DNA of 64,000 bases, taken from the NCBI GenBank assembly GCA_963650755.1, contig CAVJMH010000003.1, forward strand, positions 12,564-76,563. The letters run 5' to 3'. The position numbers and the translations under genes are program-made. The notes below the pieces were generated by a model that saw only the letters and a list, made by a program, of their open reading frames with translations, was not told the origin of the DNA and made no database searches. This stretch comes from Firmicutes bacterium TM09-10. GTDB lineage: Bacteria; Bacteroidota; Bacteroidia; Bacteroidales; UBA932. Position 1 is the first letter of the stretch; every line of letters starts with the position of its first letter. Of this stretch, positions 58,966-64,000 are shown piece by piece.

Positions 58966-60567
58966 CTACTTCACAATCAGCCTTATGCCCATTACTATAC
59001 TTGGCAGATGACGTCCCGTAAACGGGCAGATTTCCACGCTCTGCGAGAGCAGATTACTGCCGCGCATCCAAAGGGTAAATTCCGGGGTAAACCTAAAATC
59101 GGCATGAACCCCAAGATCCAGATATGACGGCCTCGTGGCATACACCCTGGACCTACGTTCACCCACATAATCCACGGACGCACCCAGGAAGAGCCTGTCG
59201 AGCGACTTATAAGTACCATCTACGTGCATACGGAACTCGGCCGGAAGAAAAGCATCACGTTCTTCGCTTAAGAGCACATCCTGATAAAGGGCATCTGCAT
59301 TAAGGTCAAAAGCGCTTGACTTCCAGCTTACTAAAGCCTGCGCATACGTTCTTTCCCCGTCAGCAAAGACTATTTTGGGCTGTTTCGAAACGTTTGAAAT
59401 CAAAGAATAAAGAGGCGCGTCCGTTCTCTTCGCATAACCTGACTTAACCCCATACTCAAAATGCGAAGACCAACTGCCTGCAATCCCGACGCAAGCATTG
59501 ACCGTCTCCCGGGAAGAAAATAATAATTCATTTTCTGAGGATAAATAAAAAGAAGAAAAATGAGGATTGGCCATCTTGAACCCATAGTACGAATTTATAG
59601 ACGCCTCACCGCTGAGCGCTGCATAGATTTTCATTGAGTTCTTAAAAATCCTCAAAGCCACCTCCATATCCGGAAGATAATAAAACCCGTCGGAAGACCC
59701 TATTTTGAACCCTATGGCAGAGAAAAATCGGCCGTTTTCGTACTCAAGCCTCGGATTCAGTTCCACATACATCAAATCGTCCGACTGTTGTCCGCCCACC
59801 GACACCACTCCGGCACTGTAGTTAAGCACCGACTGCCATTTTGACTTTTTGTTCTTTGGAGAAAACATACCCTTAACGGAAAAAGCATTCTCATCCAGCT
59901 CGCAATCTCTGTCCGATGCGAAATGCCATTCCGCACCCAAAGACCAATTTAAAAATTTGACCGGTCTTCGAGACGAACTCAGGTCAAGCTTCGCTGCGAG
60001 CGAATGAAAACCCTTTCCCGCAAGAACGAAATCCTCCGCCCATAGTCCATTGTAAGAAAGGCCGAACGAAAGGTCAAAAGGTTTAAGCAAAGCACGCCCA
60101 CACAAGCCAAATTGCTCACTCAACTCATATCCCGAATACGGACTATCATTACTGTTATAGTCTCCTACATACCCATTAAAATCCTGATATACATCAAAAT
60201 AGAACTTGTCGCCAAGACGAGGGGCATACACCGCCTGAAAAGTAGGGGCGAAAGTATAACCGGCCCCGGCGCTCACATAAAAACGCGGAATGGATTCGCG
60301 TTGAGACAGAGGACGGAAAAGAACATTATAAGGAGTAAATTCATAAGCCCCCTTATATGGCTGAGCGAACACCGAATAATCGAAATTAAGCTTGAATTTG
60401 CTTATCGAATCCGGAATGTTCATATTCACCGTCTTACGCTGCGAGCCACTGAGGTCCACGAGCAGATCGTTAGTCACCTCCACACTCTCGTTAAAATTCT
60501 GGGCAGAGAGGGCCACACATGCCAGGCCAAGCGAAACCGCTAGAATATATCTTTTCATTTCCATCAT
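58966..60567 (-). CDS. Outer-membrane beta-barrel protein (TonB-receptor-like C-terminus)
   Basis: Signal peptide, amphipathic strands, C-terminal YLDLGV..LWMRGSNLL. Overlaps the TPR gene stop. Confidence 0.7.
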   Translation of the reverse strand: MMEMKRYILAVSLGLACVALSAQNFNESVEVTNDLLVDLSGSQRKTVNMNIPDSISKFKLNFDYSVFAQPYKGAYEFTPYNVLFRPLSQRESIPRFYVSAGAGYTFAPTFQAVYAPRLGDKFYFDVYQDFNGYVGDYNSNDSPYSGYELSEQFGLCGRALLKPFDLSFGLSYNGLWAEDFVLAGKGFHSLAAKLDLSSSRRPVKFLNWSLGAEWHFASDRDCELDENAFSVKGMFSPKNKKSKWQSVLNYSAGVVSVGGQQSDDLMYVELNPRLEYENGRFFSAIGFKIGSSDGFYYLPDMEVALRIFKNSMKIYAALSGEASINSYYGFKMANPHFSSFYLSSENELLFSSRETVNACVGIAGSWSSHFEYGVKSGYAKRTDAPLYSLISNVSKQPKIVFADGERTYAQALVSWKSSAFDLNADALYQDVLLSEERDAFLPAEFRMHVDGTYKSLDRLFLGASVDYVGERRSRVYATRPSYLDLGVHADFRFTPEFTLWMRGSNLLSQSVEICPFTGRHLPSIVMGIRLIVK

Positions 60568-63521
60568 TTCTCCTCCTGTAATTTTGCCAATTTTTCTGTA
60601 GCAGACGTCCTAATATCATCATCTCCACCAGAAGGCTCATACCCGTCGATAACACTCTGATAAGTAGCTCTGGCCTGCTCCGTCATACCGCGTTCCACAT
60701 AAGAATCACCGAGCACTATGAATGCTTTTGCGAGCCAATAAGGCTGCGATGAACATTTCGAAGAAAAGTCGAATACGCCTTTCTCCACTTCCACGAACTT
60801 ACCCCAGTCGTAACGGGCCTGAATTATAAGATAATAACTCTCCGCTCCTTCTGCGGTATCCGGCTCACTAATGAGCTTAGTAAGCAGAGCGAAAGCCTTG
60901 TCGCGCTGCGAAGTACTAAGATAAGATTTGGCCTGAAGGAACTGAGCCTCACGACGAAGATCCTTCGAAGGGTTCAACTTCAAAAGTGATGCAGCCGCCT
61001 GTATAGTATTATCATAGCGTCTGTTATTATAAGCCGAACGCATAGCACCCTTATAGGCATCCACCTTTCCGGTCATAGTATATTTATCCGAAGAGAGCTT
61101 CATATAGACCGCATAGGCATCGTCATACTTCTGAAGGGAATAAAGCAGAGAAGCATAGTCCATAAGCGCGAACTCGTCAAATGTCCCGTCAAGTCCCTTA
61201 TCAAGAGCCTTCTTATAATATTCGCAAGCCTTCTCCTTCTCTCCCAAACTCTTATAGGATGCAGCCATATAATAAAGCGCCTCGCTGCTGCCCTTGCTGT
61301 CAGGGAACATAGACAGATATTTACGGAACGACATTATGGCTCCGCTGTAATTCCCTGCCAGGAACACCTGCTCCGCCGTGCTGTAATACAGGCTTCGTTT
61401 ATCTTCCGTCGTTCTTCCCGTGCTAATTTTATTCGCTTCGAGATATTCTATGTACTTCTCCGGCTGTCCCATAGCCGTATAAGTGGACTGAATGGACAGA
61501 AGGGCCTCACTGACATACTCGCTTCGCGGCATCTTCGTTATAAGCGCCTTGAAATCGGCCAATGCACCTTCGTAATTACCTTGGTTCTTCTTCACCATTC
61601 CCTTACCTATCATGGACTTGGCCACATACTGCGCATCTGAAGTTCGCGAAAGAAGTAAGTCAAAGACTTTCAGGGCGTTAACATAATCAGAAGCATCTGA
61701 ATATGCCCTACCGAGTTCATACATGCATTGGCAATAATAAGGCACGCTCGCGGAAGCGTTAAGTGCAGCGGACAGAGCCTTCACCCGCCCTGTCTGATCT
61801 CCTGATAACGAGCACGCTACACCCATATAATAATAAGGGTAAAGATTAGAAGTGCTCGGGTACTCGCCCACGGCCTTAGAATAAAGACGCGCCGCAGAGC
61901 CGTATTTTTTAAGAGAAAAATCACAGTCCGCGCGACGTGTCAGAGCATCCTCCCTGGCCAGCCTGTCAGAGGATGATATATAAACGTCGAACCACCTGGC
62001 AGCATCCTGATAATTTCTCTGTTTGAAATAGCAATAAGCTATGTTATAAGGGATTAGCGGTCCTTCGCGATACTGTGAAAGTGCGGACAGATTATAAAGT
62101 TCGTCATAAACTTTCAGCGCATCGCCGTAAGCATCTGTTATATAGTAGGTATTCGCCAGAGAATAGCGGCACAATTGGCCGAACTCATTATCCTTGTCAA
62201 GATAATAGGCGGCAGCTTTAAGATAAGACACTGCAGCAGAATTGGAGCCCAGAGACAGGAGCTCTCGCGCACGAAGAAAATTGGCCTTAATGTAATTACT
62301 CTTCTGATCTGTAGACAAATAATCTATCTGGTCATAAGCCTGAACAGCACGGGCATAATCGCCGCGCCTGAGCGCTGACATCGCCAGGTAATCATAAATC
62401 AGCTCTCCCTTTTTAGAAAGCCCATAAGTCTTAAGGTACTGCTGAAAAACGGACTCGTCATCGTTAAGATCATAGGCCAATTTAGCATAATTAAACATCG
62501 CATCTTCCTTGATGCCAGCATCGTACGAAAGAGACGAAGCATCTTTGAAACCATCGTAAGCCTTGACCTTGTTTTTAATCTGTATATATGAATAAGCCTT
62601 CTGATATGCAGCTATCTGCGCCAGGGAATCCCCTTTCTGCGTCATGCTCTCGAAATTCTGTATAGCACCTCTGTAATCACCTACAGCATAGAGGACTGAG
62701 CCCGCGTGAAAATAATCCGCATTGCTCATTTTCCCCTCCCAAGAAAGATATTTCTTAGCTTTCTTGGCATCACCCTTGACCATATATGACTCCGAAAGAA
62801 GCCGAGCCAAATAATTCTGCCGCTCGCGAGGAATCCTGTCATACAGTTTCTCGCCATAGGCTATGACATAGTCGTAATCCTTAGCCATAAAATGGCAATC
62901 CGTTAGATAAAAGGAACTTATCTGCTCAAAGCGAGGGTCCTGCACGCTCTTTTCGAACCACGACTGCGCCGAAGCGAAATCCCTGTTATTATATTCAAGC
63001 ATGCCAAGCGCAAAGTAAGCGGGATAGACATATTCCGATGTAATCTCCGAGGACTGGACAAAGCTCTCACGTGCCTCGACCACAAGCCCACGGCTAAACG
63101 AACAGAAGCCTTTCTTATACCAATATTCCCCTTTCTGCAACTCACTTAAAGACGGCACGTTAACCTTGGAAAATTCTTCAAGAGCAAGCACATAATCAGC
63201 CATATCAAAAGCCCACAGCGCCGCCAAACGATGAATCTCCGAATAAAGGACGGTCTTCTCCCGGGTCTTTTCCGAAAATCGCATCTGTTCTATCGCGTCT
63301 CCGCTACGCAAATGCAGGGCGCACAGGATAGCATAATCAGCACACAGAGGATCATCCTTTTTCTCTTCGAAAAGCACTCTCGCATGTTCATACAGACCCT
63401 GTCTATATAATATCAACGCCTCATCATAGGCGGAGGTGGCATCGGCGAACACACAGACTCCGGCGAGCAACACCCCTGTAAGAGAAAAACTTATCTTCGC
63501 AAATAAATTCATAATTTCCAT
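60564..63521 (-). CDS. Large exported tetratricopeptide-repeat protein
   Basis: About 985 aa of TPR-like repeats (AYQKAYSY, AMFNYAKL, YWLAKAFIVLGD). Signal peptide. Start ATG 63521 or 63512. Confidence 0.9.
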   Translation of the reverse strand: MEIMNLFAKISFSLTGVLLAGVCVFADATSAYDEALILYRQGLYEHARVLFEEKKDDPLCADYAILCALHLRSGDAIEQMRFSEKTREKTVLYSEIHRLAALWAFDMADYVLALEEFSKVNVPSLSELQKGEYWYKKGFCSFSRGLVVEARESFVQSSEITSEYVYPAYFALGMLEYNNRDFASAQSWFEKSVQDPRFEQISSFYLTDCHFMAKDYDYVIAYGEKLYDRIPRERQNYLARLLSESYMVKGDAKKAKKYLSWEGKMSNADYFHAGSVLYAVGDYRGAIQNFESMTQKGDSLAQIAAYQKAYSYIQIKNKVKAYDGFKDASSLSYDAGIKEDAMFNYAKLAYDLNDDESVFQQYLKTYGLSKKGELIYDYLAMSALRRGDYARAVQAYDQIDYLSTDQKSNYIKANFLRARELLSLGSNSAAVSYLKAAAYYLDKDNEFGQLCRYSLANTYYITDAYGDALKVYDELYNLSALSQYREGPLIPYNIAYCYFKQRNYQDAARWFDVYISSSDRLAREDALTRRADCDFSLKKYGSAARLYSKAVGEYPSTSNLYPYYYMGVACSLSGDQTGRVKALSAALNASASVPYYCQCMYELGRAYSDASDYVNALKVFDLLLSRTSDAQYVAKSMIGKGMVKKNQGNYEGALADFKALITKMPRSEYVSEALLSIQSTYTAMGQPEKYIEYLEANKISTGRTTEDKRSLYYSTAEQVFLAGNYSGAIMSFRKYLSMFPDSKGSSEALYYMAASYKSLGEKEKACEYYKKALDKGLDGTFDEFALMDYASLLYSLQKYDDAYAVYMKLSSDKYTMTGKVDAYKGAMRSAYNNRRYDNTIQAAASLLKLNPSKDLRREAQFLQAKSYLSTSQRDKAFALLTKLISEPDTAEGAESYYLIIQARYDWGKFVEVEKGVFDFSSKCSSQPYWLAKAFIVLGDSYVERGMTEQARATYQSVIDGYEPSGGDDDIRTSATEKLAKLQEEK

Positions 63522-63572
63522 TTTTTTAGGGAAGGTGGCAGATATTCCGCACACGACATCCCTCAAAACCTT

Positions 63573-63599
63573 CAAATTTACTAAAAATACCTATATTTG
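63573..63599. promoter_or_regulatory. Divergent pair of Bacteroidota -7 boxes
   Basis: Minus strand TAAATTTG (63573-63580) and plus strand TATATTTG (63592-63599). Confidence 0.6.
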
Positions 63600-63620
63600 C
63601 CAATCCATTACCCACGTGTT

Positions 63621-64000
63621 ATGATTATATCCGTAAAACATGCTAACATAAGCAACTCCGAACAGGTCGTCATCTATGACCTTAACATGGAGGTCAATGA
63701 AGGAGATTTCATCTATATTACAGGAAAAGTAGGTACGGGTAAAACCTCCATTTTCAATGCATTCACCGCTCAGACACCTGTCGAATGCGGACGGATAAAC
63801 GTATGCGGATACGACCTTACGAGGATAAAATCCAGCAAAATACCTCTGCTCCGCAGAAAAATGGGAGTGGTTTTTCAAGACCTCCAGCTGCTCAAAGACA
63901 AAACGGTCTATGATAATCTGGACTTCGTTCTGACCGCCACAGGATGGAAAAGAGCCTCCGAAAAAGTCTCGCGCATAGAAGAAGTACTTTCTATGGTGGG
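63621..64000 (+). CDS. FtsE-like ABC ATP-binding protein (partial, runs off window end)
   Basis: Manual translation: MIISVKHANI..GDFIYITGKVGTGKTS..IPLLRRKMGVVFQDLQLLKDKTVYDNLDFVL. Not in the ORF track. Confidence 0.85.
   Translation, partial: MIISVKHANISNSEQVVIYDLNMEVNEGDFIYITGKVGTGKTSIFNAFTAQTPVECGRINVCGYDLTRIKSSKIPLLRRKMGVVFQDLQLLKDKTVYDNLDFVLTATGWKRASEKVSRIEEVLSMV

Noticed and set aside
63591..63878. 95 aa minus-strand ORF
   Set aside because: Shadow of the FtsE-like gene on the + strand.

Overview
A gene-dense, mostly housekeeping stretch of a Bacteroidales chromosome. The taxon is inferred from TAnnTTTG -7 promoter boxes upstream of most transcription units, the Bacteroidota-type RpoD, and the degP-rpoD and dnaN-exonuclease gene pairs. 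It holds about 50 CDS (argS, rpoD, degP, dnaN, nhaA, rplS, dnaJ-grpE, potABCD, rnhA, pdxA, recX, rlmN, trpS, recA, kbl/tdh, tig, gyrB and others), tRNA-Thr(CGT), tRNA-Arg(ACG) and the SRP RNA. One ~4 kb accessory islet carries a three-gene DpnII-type (GATC) restriction-modification system and a DUF5692-like membrane protein. I saw no CRISPR array, transposase, integrase or prophage, and no clearly new multi-gene system. The best leads are: a short PriA lacking its ATPase and zinc motifs; a peptide deformylase with a lipoprotein signal peptide; a stand-alone Mom/GNAT-like gene coupled to pdxA; an acidic porin-like gene heading potABCD; a PreA fused to a PreT-type Fe-S domain; a trigger factor without a PPIase domain; a GH3 ligase converging on an acyltransferase; and several cis-elements (sigma54-like boxes before grpE and degP, structured dnaN and rplS leaders, a YtrA-type operator). 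All family calls come from recognising motifs by eye. No database search was run.
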